The notes: generated from the sequence alone by a model not told the origin. DNA of 45,531 nucleotides from Betaproteobacteria bacterium (GCA_019509895.1 JAEKLK010000166.1:1-45531); one strand, 5' to 3'. Positions 24,644 to 32,783 are shown, counted from the first letter of the stretch. Numbers and translations: made by a program.

Positions 24644-25020
24644 TGGTGGTTCTCCTTGGGAGTGCGCTTCATCGTTGCCGAGATGGCATTCAGCAGCAGC
24701 CGCTCGTCGAGCGGCTTGCGAAGATAGGCGGCCGCGCCCGCGGCGAGGCATTGATCGCGGGTTGCCGGTTCGTCGTACGCGGTAATCACGACCGTCGGCA
24801 CCATCGCGCCGGCGGCGCGCATCTCGTGCATGAGCTGCAGCCCGCTCATCCCCGGCATGTGCAGGTCGAGCACCAGGCAGTCCGGCCGGCGCAACGCGCT
24901 CGCTTCTAGGAAATGCTTGCCGCTCGCGTAGCTCTCGGCCTCGAGGCCCGAAGCGCGCAGCAGCCGCTTCAGCGCCTTGCGCACGGGCTCCTCATCGTCG
25001 ACGATGGCGACATACGGCAC
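24640..25020 (-). CDS. Stand-alone response-regulator receiver (CheY-like), module B
   Basis: 126 aa from GTG 25020. AIVDDEE, phospho-acceptor context LVLDLHMPG, VVITAYDEP, YLRKP. Start uncertain: there is no clear SD, and an upstream TTG at 25071 is possible but its codons have poor GC3. Confidence 0.75.
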   Translation of the reverse strand: MPYVAIVDDEEPVRKALKRLLRASGLEAESYASGKHFLEASALRRPDCLVLDLHMPGMSGLQLMHEMRAAGAMVPTVVITAYDEPATRDQCLAAGAAAYLRKPLDERLLLNAISATMKRTPKENHQ

Positions 25021-25139
25021 GGTGTTGAGGATTGGAGCAGTTCGGCCCGCGACTAGGAATTGGACCAAAGTCCCATGCCGCGCTGCCCCAGCCGGCCCGA
25101 TTCCCCGAGCAGCCGCTCCATCAGGGCAATTCCGCCGCC

Positions 25140-26795
25140 TTACGGTCGCCGCGCAAGCGCGGGCAGGGTGATGAGAAAAGCCGCGCCGCCGCCTTTGCGC
25201 GTGACGGCCCTCAGGCGACCGCCGTGCGCGCTGACAATGGACTTCGAGATCGACAGGCCCAGGCCCAGGCCCTGCGGCTTGGTGGTGTAGAACGCCTCGA
25301 ACAGGATTTCGGACGCCACGGTGAATCCGGGCCCACGGTCGATTACGTTGATATGCACGCGGCCTTTCGTTGCGAGCGTATGCACGGTGAGCACGCGATC
25401 GTTGGGCGCGCACATCGACATGGCGTCGGCGGCGTTGACGATGAGATTCAGGATGACCTGCTGGAGCTGGATGCGGTCGCCGCGGATCTCCGGCAGGCTC
25501 GCTGCCAGGCGCGGTACCACCTCGATGCCCCGGGTGGTCATGTCGCCGTGCGCCAGGCTCATCACGTCGCGCACCAGGCGGTTAGGGTCGAGCGCCTCGG
25601 TGCGGGTCTCGCCACGCTTGAACATGGCGCGCAGCCGGTCGATCACGTCGCCCGCGCGCTTGTCGGCGAGGATGATGTCCTGCAGGATCTCGGAGAGTAT
25701 TGCCCGCTCGCCCGGCTTGTTGGCGAGGAAGTGCTGCGCCGCCTGCGCGTTGGCGAGGATGGCGGTGAGGGGCTGGTTCAGCTCGTGGGCGATGCCGCCG
25801 GAGAGCTCGCCCAGCATCGCCACCCGCGAGAGGTGCGTGAGCTGGGAGCGCGACTCGCGCTCGATACGCGAGCGCTCGGCGAGCGCGACTGCGAGCAGCA
25901 GCAGCGGCACCGACGCCGTGATCAGGAAGAGCTGCATCTCGCGCGCGGTGTCCTGCGGCGTTTCCGTCGTAAAGGGACCCAGGCCGTGCACCGTGCCCCA
26001 GATGGTCGCCACGGCCATGGCTGGCAGCGCGCTTACCACGCCGAGCGGGCCGAAGCGCACCGCCGCCCACAGCAGAAAGGGCAGCGGGGCATAGAACACT
26101 GCGGGTGCCGTGTGCGCGTCACTGTGCGGCATGGCGAAGGCGAGCAGGCACACCGCGAGCAGCCCGGAAAAGAGCGCGGCCGCTTCGGCATAGCGCGCGC
26201 CACGCATTTTTGCGGGGCCGGCGGCGAGCCATGCCGCCCAGGCAAGGATGAGCGGCACGACCATCAGCGCGGCGAGCGCGTTGGAGAAGAGTCTCGTACT
26301 GACGAGGTCCCAGTAAGTGCTCGTACCCCAGCCGATGAGGCGCACCAGCGCGGCGTCGATGAAGGTTGAAAAGACCGGCGCGGCGAGCGCCGCGGTCAGG
26401 AGAAGGATGCCGGTGTCGCGGAGCGAATCGAGGCGCGGAACGCCGCGTACGAAGACGCGCAGCAGGCTCGCGCCGATCAGCGCCTCGCTGCAGTTGCTCG
26501 CGTACCACCCGAGCACCATCACGGTCGGCACGCCGCTTTGGAGCTCGGCGGCGATGTGTCCTGGCAGCGCCGCCAGCAGCAGCCACCACCAGTCGCGACC
26601 CGCCGTGAGCAGCAGCGCAGCGAGCAGCAATGCATTCGGTGGCCAAAGCGTCGATATCGGGTGCGGATGCAGCGTGAACGCCATGCCCAGCCGCGCGGCC
26701 ACGTAATAGCCGATCGCGACCGCCAGCGCCGGCAACAGCCAGCGCGGGGGCCGCAGCGCTGCCGCTACGCCTGGGGTGGCTGTGTGAGCGTCCAT
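25140..26795 (-). CDS. Sensor histidine kinase with MASE1-type membrane sensor domain
   Basis: 551 aa from ATG 26795. The N-terminal ~290 aa are multi-pass (..AIGYYVAARLGMAFTLHPHPISTLWPPNALLLAALLL..). H-box GGIAHELNQPLTAIL, N-box LNLIVNAADAM, G1 DRGPGF, G2 GLGLGLSISKSIV. The upstream 205 codons of track ORF 25140..27410 are a shadow over the regulator gene. Confidence 0.85.
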   Translation of the reverse strand: MDAHTATPGVAAALRPPRWLLPALAVAIGYYVAARLGMAFTLHPHPISTLWPPNALLLAALLLTAGRDWWWLLLAALPGHIAAELQSGVPTVMVLGWYASNCSEALIGASLLRVFVRGVPRLDSLRDTGILLLTAALAAPVFSTFIDAALVRLIGWGTSTYWDLVSTRLFSNALAALMVVPLILAWAAWLAAGPAKMRGARYAEAAALFSGLLAVCLLAFAMPHSDAHTAPAVFYAPLPFLLWAAVRFGPLGVVSALPAMAVATIWGTVHGLGPFTTETPQDTAREMQLFLITASVPLLLLAVALAERSRIERESRSQLTHLSRVAMLGELSGGIAHELNQPLTAILANAQAAQHFLANKPGERAILSEILQDIILADKRAGDVIDRLRAMFKRGETRTEALDPNRLVRDVMSLAHGDMTTRGIEVVPRLAASLPEIRGDRIQLQQVILNLIVNAADAMSMCAPNDRVLTVHTLATKGRVHINVIDRGPGFTVASEILFEAFYTTKPQGLGLGLSISKSIVSAHGGRLRAVTRKGGGAAFLITLPALARRP

Positions 26796-27385
26796 AGCCG
26801 CACCAGCTCGGCCACCGAATCGACCGCCATCTTGCGCATCATGCGGGCGCGATGCACTTTGATGGTCTTCTCCGCGGTACCGAGCTCGGCGGCGATCTGC
26901 TTGTTCAGCTTGCCGGCGACGACACCCGCCAGCACTTCGCGCTCGCGCGGCGTGAGCGCGGCAAGGCATGCGGTGATCGCTGCCTGCTCCGCGCGCTGTC
27001 CGCGCGCCGCGCGGTCCTTGTCTAGAGCGACGCGAACCGCGCCGAGCAGCTGCGCCTCGTCGATAGGCTTGGTGAGGAAGTCGACGGCACCCGCCTTCAT
27101 CGCCTGTACGCTCGCCGGTACGCTGCCCTGGCCGCTGATGAAGACCACCGGCCGCCCATCGCGCGTGCCGAAGAGCGCCTGCTGCAGCTCGAGCCCGGAG
27201 ATTCCCGGCATCGACAGGTCCATGACGATGCAGCCGGCCGGATTGGCGGTGCGCTTCTCGAGGAAGTCCTTGGGCGAGGAAAAGACCTCGACTTCGAAAC
27301 CCGCGGACTGCAAGAGGCGGTCGAGCGACCTCAGGACCAGCACGTCGTCGTCCACAACGGTGACATTTGCTCGTGCGATGCTCAT
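26765..27385 (-). CDS. FixJ/NarL(LuxR)-family response regulator, module B
   Basis: 206 aa. ATG 27385 with AGAGGGGGG upstream. Receiver (VVDDD, IVMDLSMPG, FISGQG, FLTKP) plus C-terminal LuxR HTH (LTPREREVLAGVVAGKLNKQIAAELGTAEKTIKVHRARMMRKM). Its 3' end overlaps the kinase start by 31 nt. Confidence 0.9.
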   Translation of the reverse strand: MSIARANVTVVDDDVLVLRSLDRLLQSAGFEVEVFSSPKDFLEKRTANPAGCIVMDLSMPGISGLELQQALFGTRDGRPVVFISGQGSVPASVQAMKAGAVDFLTKPIDEAQLLGAVRVALDKDRAARGQRAEQAAITACLAALTPREREVLAGVVAGKLNKQIAAELGTAEKTIKVHRARMMRKMAVDSVAELVRLWTLTQPPQA

Positions 27386-27537
27386 GGCACCCCCCTCTTG
27401 GCTGTCGCACTGGAGTCTCTTGTTGTTGTCAGGCATCGTACGCCGAATCGCGGGCCGAACTTGACACGAGTCGCCGATTTTCGCGCGCGGCCCGACTGCC
27501 AGCCGCGGGACAGAAAGACAAAGGCTCGATGACGGTT

Positions 27538-27909
27538 TCATGACCATACCGCCGCCCGGATGGCGTCGACGATTTGCGCGCCGCTGTCGGTCTTGCTGAA
27601 GAAGCCGGCGCAGCCGGCCTGCAGCGCTTCCGCGCGCACCTGCGGCTCGTCGTAGGCGGTGATGAAGATCAGGGGGGCATGTCCCGGCTGCGCGTTCCAC
27701 GTGCGCTGCATCTCGATTCCCGACATGCCGTTCAACTGGACGTCGACGAGCAGACAGCGGAAGCCGCCTCGGTTGCAGTCGCCAAGGAACGCTTCGGCGG
27801 AATGGAACGCTCGCGGCTCGAAGCCTGCGAGCCGCAGCAGGCGCGAGAGCGAGCGGCACACGCTCGCGTCGTCGTCGATGATGGCGACCGGGATGGCCAT
27901 GCGGGGCAT
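27538..27909 (-). CDS. Stand-alone response-regulator receiver (CheY-like), module A
   Basis: 123 aa. AIIDDD, LLVDVQLNG, IFITAYDEP, FFSKT (Lys present but followed by Thr rather than the usual Pro). An alternative ATG is at 27900. Confidence 0.75.
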   Translation of the reverse strand: MPRMAIPVAIIDDDASVCRSLSRLLRLAGFEPRAFHSAEAFLGDCNRGGFRCLLVDVQLNGMSGIEMQRTWNAQPGHAPLIFITAYDEPQVRAEALQAGCAGFFSKTDSGAQIVDAIRAAVWS

Positions 27910-27960
27910 TGTGCTGCCGCGCCCTGCGCGCGCACCACTGCCCGTTGGGGAAGGGTCCGG

Positions 27961-28548
27961 CTAGACCAGGCCCGCGTCGCGGGCGAGCGTGGCGAGCTCC
28001 GCCACGGAGCGCACCCCGACCTTGCTGGTTACCGCGGTGCGGTGCAGCTTGACGGTGCGCTCGTGGATGCCAAGGTCGGCGGCGATCTGCTTGTTCATGC
28101 GGCCGCGCAGCACGTGGCGCAGCACCTCGAGCTCGCGCTCCGTGAGCCCGGCAAAGCGCTCGCGCACCTCGCGCTGCTCCCGGTCGGACGCGAGAGCGCG
28201 CTCCACGGCTGCGGTCAGCTGCTCGCTCGGCGCGCGCTTCTCGAGGAAATCGACAGCGCCGCCTCGCATGGCGCTCACCGAGCTGGGAATGTCGGCCGCT
28301 CCGGTGAGGAAGACCACCGGCAGGCGCAAGCCGCGCCGTGCAAGCTCGCTCTGCAGCTCGAGACCATCCATCCCCGGCATGTGGAGATCCATCACCACGC
28401 AGCCGCGAGGCTCGCTGGAGAGCTGCGCGAGCAGTTCAGCGCCCGAGGCGTAGCTCGTCACCTGGTAGCCTCGCGCGGTGAGCAGGCGCGACAGCGCGCG
28501 CGCATACGAGCCATCGTCGTCGACCACGCGGACGATCGGCTCGCTCAT
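27961..28548 (-). CDS. FixJ/NarL(LuxR)-family response regulator, module A
   Basis: 195 aa. ATG 28548 overlaps the kinase stop (ATGA). VVDDD, VVMDLHMPG, FLTGAAD, FLEKR. HTH LTERELEVLRHVLRGRMNKQIAADLGIHERTVKLHRTAVTSKV. Confidence 0.9.
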   Translation of the reverse strand: MSEPIVRVVDDDGSYARALSRLLTARGYQVTSYASGAELLAQLSSEPRGCVVMDLHMPGMDGLELQSELARRGLRLPVVFLTGAADIPSSVSAMRGGAVDFLEKRAPSEQLTAAVERALASDREQREVRERFAGLTERELEVLRHVLRGRMNKQIAADLGIHERTVKLHRTAVTSKVGVRSVAELATLARDAGLV

Positions 28549-29987
28549 CCGCCTGCCGCGACGGGTAGCGTGAAGCGAAAGGTGGCCCCCGAGTCCAAGT
28601 TGTTCTGCGCCCACAGCCGCCCGCCGTGTGCTTCGATGATGGTGCGCGAGACCGCGAGGCCGATGCCGAGGCCCTTCGCCTTGGTGGTGACGAAGGGCTC
28701 GAACACCCGGGGCAGGATGGCCGGCGCGATGCCGTGGCCCGAATCGGCCACCGCCACCTCGATCGTGCGCTCGTCGGCGCGGCGCGCCGCGATCGCCACG
28801 CGCCGGCGGCTCGACTCGGAGACGGCGTCGATGCCGTTCACCAGCAGATTGAGCAGCACTTGGGATAGCTGCACCCGGTCGCCCGCCACCGGGGGCAGGT
28901 CCTCCGGCACCGCCAGATCGAGCGTCACGCGACGCGCTGCGGCATCGGTGTGCACCAGCGCGAGCACCTCGCGCGCAAGCGGCTGCAGCGGGACGTCGTG
29001 CAGCTCGATGCTGTTGCGCTTCAGCAGCGCGCGCATGCGCTCGATGATCGCGCCGGCGCGCTGGTCGTCACTACGGATGTCGCTCATGATCGCACGCAGC
29101 TCGGCGAGATCGGGCGCCTTGTGCTCGAGCATGAGCTGCGCTGCCTCGGCATTACGCAGTATCGCGCCGAGCGGCTGGTTCAGCTCGTGCGCGAGCGATC
29201 CCGAGAGCTCGCTCAACGTGCTGACGCGTGCAATATGGGCGAGGTCGTCGCGCAGGCGGCGAGCTTCCTGCTCGATGCCGGCCGAACGCACGATGTCGCG
29301 GCACAGCTCGTAGGTCATCACGCCGAGCATGAGCAGAAACGCCGGACTGACCATGATCGGCATGTGCAGCACACCCCAGATGACGAGTTGTGGCTGGATC
29401 GTCGCGATCAGTACGAAAGCGACGATGCCGCCGCCCACGACGGTCGCCCGGCGCCGCACTTCGCGGTCGGGGTTTCGCCACAGCGGGACGAACGCATCCA
29501 GCACATAGATGAAGAGCAGGATGGAGGTCATGGTTGCCAGCCATTGCACCGGACGGACTGCGCCAACACCGCTCGCGGCGTACTCGCCGAAGAGCGGCAT
29601 TTGGTCGACCCGCAGCACGGCCCACGAGGCGCCGGCGGGCCCGAGAACGTTGCTCAGAGTTACGACGCCGCGCAACGCGATCACGGTCCAGCCGAGCCAC
29701 ATGCGTGCGCTGCCGAAATGCAGGCGCACGAACAGCACCAGGCCCAGCGCAACAAAGAACAGGGCCACATGAATCCAGCGCAGCCACTCGGCATACTCCT
29801 GCGGCGTGGCGGCGCGCATCATGCCGTACTCGATGCGCGCAATGGCGGCGACCGAAACGGCAAGGACGCAGAAGGCGAGGTTGTCCACGCGGCGCCGGTC
29901 GAGCAGCCAGACGAGCGCGTGCACCACCGCAAGCGTCAATGACGCGGCCGCGACCATCGTCCAGGCGATGAACAGCGTGCTATCCAT
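28545..29987 (-). CDS. Sensor histidine kinase with multi-pass (about 6-7 segment) membrane sensor domain
   Basis: 480 aa. The N-terminal ~235 aa are hydrophobic segments with no recognisable PAS/HAMP. H-box GSLAHELNQPLGAIL, N-box LNLLVNGIDAV, G1 DSGHGI, G2 GLGIGLAVSRTII. Confidence 0.85.
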   Translation of the reverse strand: MDSTLFIAWTMVAAASLTLAVVHALVWLLDRRRVDNLAFCVLAVSVAAIARIEYGMMRAATPQEYAEWLRWIHVALFFVALGLVLFVRLHFGSARMWLGWTVIALRGVVTLSNVLGPAGASWAVLRVDQMPLFGEYAASGVGAVRPVQWLATMTSILLFIYVLDAFVPLWRNPDREVRRRATVVGGGIVAFVLIATIQPQLVIWGVLHMPIMVSPAFLLMLGVMTYELCRDIVRSAGIEQEARRLRDDLAHIARVSTLSELSGSLAHELNQPLGAILRNAEAAQLMLEHKAPDLAELRAIMSDIRSDDQRAGAIIERMRALLKRNSIELHDVPLQPLAREVLALVHTDAAARRVTLDLAVPEDLPPVAGDRVQLSQVLLNLLVNGIDAVSESSRRRVAIAARRADERTIEVAVADSGHGIAPAILPRVFEPFVTTKAKGLGIGLAVSRTIIEAHGGRLWAQNNLDSGATFRFTLPVAAGG

Positions 29988-30036
29988 GCTGGCCCGTACC
30001 CTTGTGGTCCGGTGCGGTGCTCATTGCACTCCCTCC

Positions 30037-30050
30037 AGGCAGCGCTGCCT
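30037..30050. promoter_or_regulatory. Perfect 14-bp palindrome AGGCAGCGCTGCCT in the divergent kinase/HIT intergenic region (candidate operator or 5'-UTR hairpin)
   Basis: Read directly from the sequence. It lies 50-63 nt upstream of the kinase ATG (29987, - strand). Function is not demonstrable from sequence. Confidence 0.3.
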
Positions 30051-30208
30051 CCCGAAGTCAGGCTACACGGAATGGCCCGTCATGGATATACGGGCTTGCA
30101 GAAAACTCTCCTCGAGGCGCAAGCACTTGCCGATCTAGTATCTCCGAGAGTGTTTTCGAGCAGAGTGCTTTGGGCCTTCACCGCAGCGGCGTGGCGAGTC
30201 GAGATCGA

Positions 30209-30574
30209 GTGCTAGTGGACTGCGAGCTCTGCCATCCGGCGCAGATTGTGGCCGAGAACGCCGCGGCCTACGCGCGCTACGACAGCCACGCGCTTGCGCC
30301 GGGACACGTCATCGTCGTGCCGCGCCGGCACGTCGCCGATTTCTTCGACATGACGGCCGAGGAGCAGGCGGCGGTGCTATCGCTCCTGAACGAGGCGCGG
30401 CGCCTTATCGCGGCGAAGCATTCGCCCGACGGGTGGAACGTCGGCGTCAACGTCGGCAAGGCGGCCGGGCAGTCGCGCATGCATGTGCACGTACACCTCA
30501 TTCCGCGCTACGCCGGCGATGTCGCGGATCCGGCTGGCGGCGTGCGATGCGTGTTACAGAAATTACGTACTTAG
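30209..30574 (+). CDS. HIT-family nucleotide hydrolase/transferase
   Basis: About 121 aa from GTG 30209 (or GTG 30215). N-terminal CELCH, ...APGHVIVVPRRHVADFFDM... and histidine triad RMHVHVHLIPR. Confidence 0.8.
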   Translation: MLVDCELCHPAQIVAENAAAYARYDSHALAPGHVIVVPRRHVADFFDMTAEEQAAVLSLLNEARRLIAAKHSPDGWNVGVNVGKAAGQSRMHVHVHLIPRYAGDVADPAGGVRCVLQKLRT

Positions 30575-30585
30575 TACGAAATCTC
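30559..30585. repeat. AT-rich imperfect palindrome (copy 1) spanning the two convergent stop codons
   Basis: GAAATTACGTAC-TTA-GTACGAAATCTC. The HIT stop TAG (30572-30574) sits in the loop and the aldolase stop (30584-30586, - strand) at the right edge. Shares the core CGTACTTRGTAC with 35354-35382. Confidence 0.5.
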
Positions 30586-31333
30586 AGTCCTTGAGCAGCT
30601 CGCCGCAGCCGGCGCGCCCGGCCCAGTACTGCCAGGCGCGCTGCGTTTCCGGCGAGTGCGGCTTGTAGCCCGGCCCGGCGGCGCGCGCGTCGATCTCGCC
30701 GCGGCTGAGTGGCTTCAGCTCGCCGAGCTGCATCGCCTTTTGCTGTACGCGTGCATTGCGCGGCAGGTAGACGGACATGCGCACCACGTCGATCAGCGAG
30801 CGTGCCGCCGCCGCGAAGCCGTGGCCGCGCATCAGCGCCACGTTGCGATCGCCGAGCGTCTTCGCCAGGTCGCGCCCCTGATCCATATTGGTGACCAGCA
30901 GGTTGGTGCGATCGCCGAAGCGTTCGGCAATGTCCCACACCGGCACCTCGGCGCCGATGAAGGCGCCGGAATGGATCACCGGCTTGAGCGCCGCCTTGGT
31001 GATGGTGAACGGCAGCACATCCTCGGCATGTGCGTGCACCACCGCGATGACGTCGGGCCGCGCCTCGTAGATCGCGGCGTGGATGAAGCGCTCGAGATAG
31101 AGCGGGCGCGCCTCCTTCTTCAGCGCCTGGCCGTCGAGCGTATGCTCGACGATATCGGCCGCCTCGATCAGCGCCGGGCTCTTCGAGTGCGCGAGGAAAA
31201 ACCGCTCGGGCGCCTCGGGGTTGCGCACGCTGACGTGCCCGTAGGCATCGACCACGTCTTCGCGGGCGAGGATGCGGTTTGCGATGACCAGCTCAGTGAT
31301 GAGGTTCGTGGCCGTTCCAGGTGAAGTTGTCAC
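30584..31333 (-). CDS. Class II aldolase/adducin-family protein
   Basis: 249 aa from GTG 31333 (AGGA 13 nt upstream). ...ELVIANRILAREDVVDAYGHVSVRN...IHAAIYEARPDVIAVVHAHAEDVLPF...ALMRGHGFAAAA... The longer track ORF (to 31795) would overlap the divergent S41 gene. Confidence 0.8.
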   Translation of the reverse strand: MTTSPGTATNLITELVIANRILAREDVVDAYGHVSVRNPEAPERFFLAHSKSPALIEAADIVEHTLDGQALKKEARPLYLERFIHAAIYEARPDVIAVVHAHAEDVLPFTITKAALKPVIHSGAFIGAEVPVWDIAERFGDRTNLLVTNMDQGRDLAKTLGDRNVALMRGHGFAAAARSLIDVVRMSVYLPRNARVQQKAMQLGELKPLSRGEIDARAAGPGYKPHSPETQRAWQYWAGRAGCGELLKD

Positions 31334-31378
31334 GTCGATTCGGTATCCTAAGCCAGGGCGTCGCGAAAAATCGGGTGT

Positions 31379-32783
31379 ATGCGGGGAAGGACCCATAAGG
31401 AGTTGAAAGGCCTGTTCCTGGCTGCCGTCCTGGCCGCCGCGCTGTGCGCGTGCGGCGGTGGCGGTGGCGGCGGTGGCGGTGGAGCAGGCGGTTCCAGCGC
31501 GAGCGGCTGGACGGCCGGTGTCTTCACGCCGGCCGCAAGTTTCGCCGGGCAATGCGCTGTGCCTCGCCCGGGCATCGACCGGCCGGGTTCCAGCGTCACG
31601 GAGAACAACTGGCTCCGCTCCTGGACGAACGACCTCTATCTTTGGTACGACGAAGTTGCCGATCGTGATCCGGCGCTGTGGTCCACGGCCGCCTATTTCG
31701 ATCTGTTGAAGACGACTGCGACGACGCCCTCCGGCAATCCGAAGGACCGGTTTCACTTTACCGTCGACACCGAAACGTGGCTCGCCTTCTCGCAATCCGG
31801 CGTGTCGGCCGGTTACGGCGCGGAATGGGAGATCCTCGCAGCATCGCCGCCCCGCCGGGTCGTTGTCGCCTACACGGAACCGAATTCGCCCGCGACCGCG
31901 GCTGGGTTGGCGCGCGGCTTTGAAGTGCTGTTCGTCGATGGTGTGGACGTGGTCAATGGCGGTTCGCAGAGCGCAGTGGCGACATTAAATGCCGCCTTCT
32001 TTCCCGCCGCGAGCGGCGAGACGCACACCTTCACGGTGCGCGACTTGGGCGGCTTCTTGCACGCAGTCACGATGCAGTCGGCCAATGTCACCTCGACGCC
32101 GGTGCAAAACGTCGGCACGATTGCGACCGCTTCCGGCCCCGTCGGCTACATGCTTTTCAACGATCACATTGCGACCGCGGAGTCGGCGCTGGTCAATGCG
32201 GTCAAGACGCTGCAAGCAGCGCATATCACGGACCTGATCCTGGATATCCGCTACAACGGCGGCGGCTACCTCGCCATCGCGAGCGAGCTTGCGTTCATGA
32301 TCGCGGGGAGCGCCGGCACCCGGTTCGGGGACCTGCTCGGCGAGCGAGTCGATCATCAACAGCCTTCGCGGCGTCGGCGTGCAGGTCATCCAGGTCGGCT
32401 CCACCACCTGCGGCAAGCCTTACGGCTTCGTTCCGCAAGACAACTGCGGCACGACCTACTTCTCGATCCAGTTCAAGGGCGTGAACGCGAGCGGCTTCGG
32501 CGACTACAGCGACGGCTTCTCGCCCAGCAATAGCGTCGGCGCTGCGGGCACGCCGGTGTCGGGTTGCTCGGTCGGCGATGATTTCGCCCACGCCCTCGGC
32601 GATGCCGCCGAAGCCCGGCTCGCCGCCGCGCTCGCGTATCGCACGAACGCGAGTTGTCCGGCGCCGTCCGGCTTCGCGCCGCCGCCAACCCTGAAATCCT
32701 CGGTGCACTCGGCGCCTGTCTCCCAAAGCGACGGCTTGATGACCAAGCCGCCATGGCGCGAGACCCGAATGCTTCGTCAGTGA
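31379..32783 (+). pseudogene. S41-family (C-terminal-processing-type) peptidase lipoprotein, split over two frames with an apparent internal deletion
   Basis: Frame 1 (ATG 31379) has lipobox AALCAC, a poly-Gly linker and ...LILDIRYNGGGYLAIASELAFMIAG, then Arg-rich nonsense. Frame 2 opens after TGA 32298-32300 and reads ..GSGTCSASESIINSLRGVGVQVIQVGSTTCGKPYGFVPQDNCGTTYFSIQFKGVNASGFGDYSDGF.. to TGA 32781-32783. Confidence 0.7.
31454..31483 (+). repeat. (GGY)10 trinucleotide/hexanucleotide repeat encoding Gly10 directly after the lipobox Cys
   Basis: ggcggt ggcggt ggc ggcggt ggcggt gga, read directly. It produces a poly-Pro shadow ORF on the opposite strand. Confidence 0.8.

Noticed and set aside
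25140-27410. 756-aa version of the MASE1 kinase ORF
   Set aside because: The first 205 codons overlap the FixJ/LuxR regulator gene in another frame and are Arg-rich shadow. The kinase-like sequence begins at ATG 26795.
27386-27537. Promoter (TGTCAA ... TACGAT) and hairpin CGCGGC-N10-GCCGCG between the two signalling modules
   Set aside because: The hexamer spacing is 19-20 nt and the match to consensus is poor. The hairpin lacks a U-tract. I cannot decide from sequence whether the modules are separate transcription units.
31348-31608. 86-aa ORF containing a poly-Pro run
   Set aside because: It is the reverse complement of the (GGY)n poly-Gly tract of the S41 lipoprotein gene and overlaps the divergent promoter region. 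There is no independent support.
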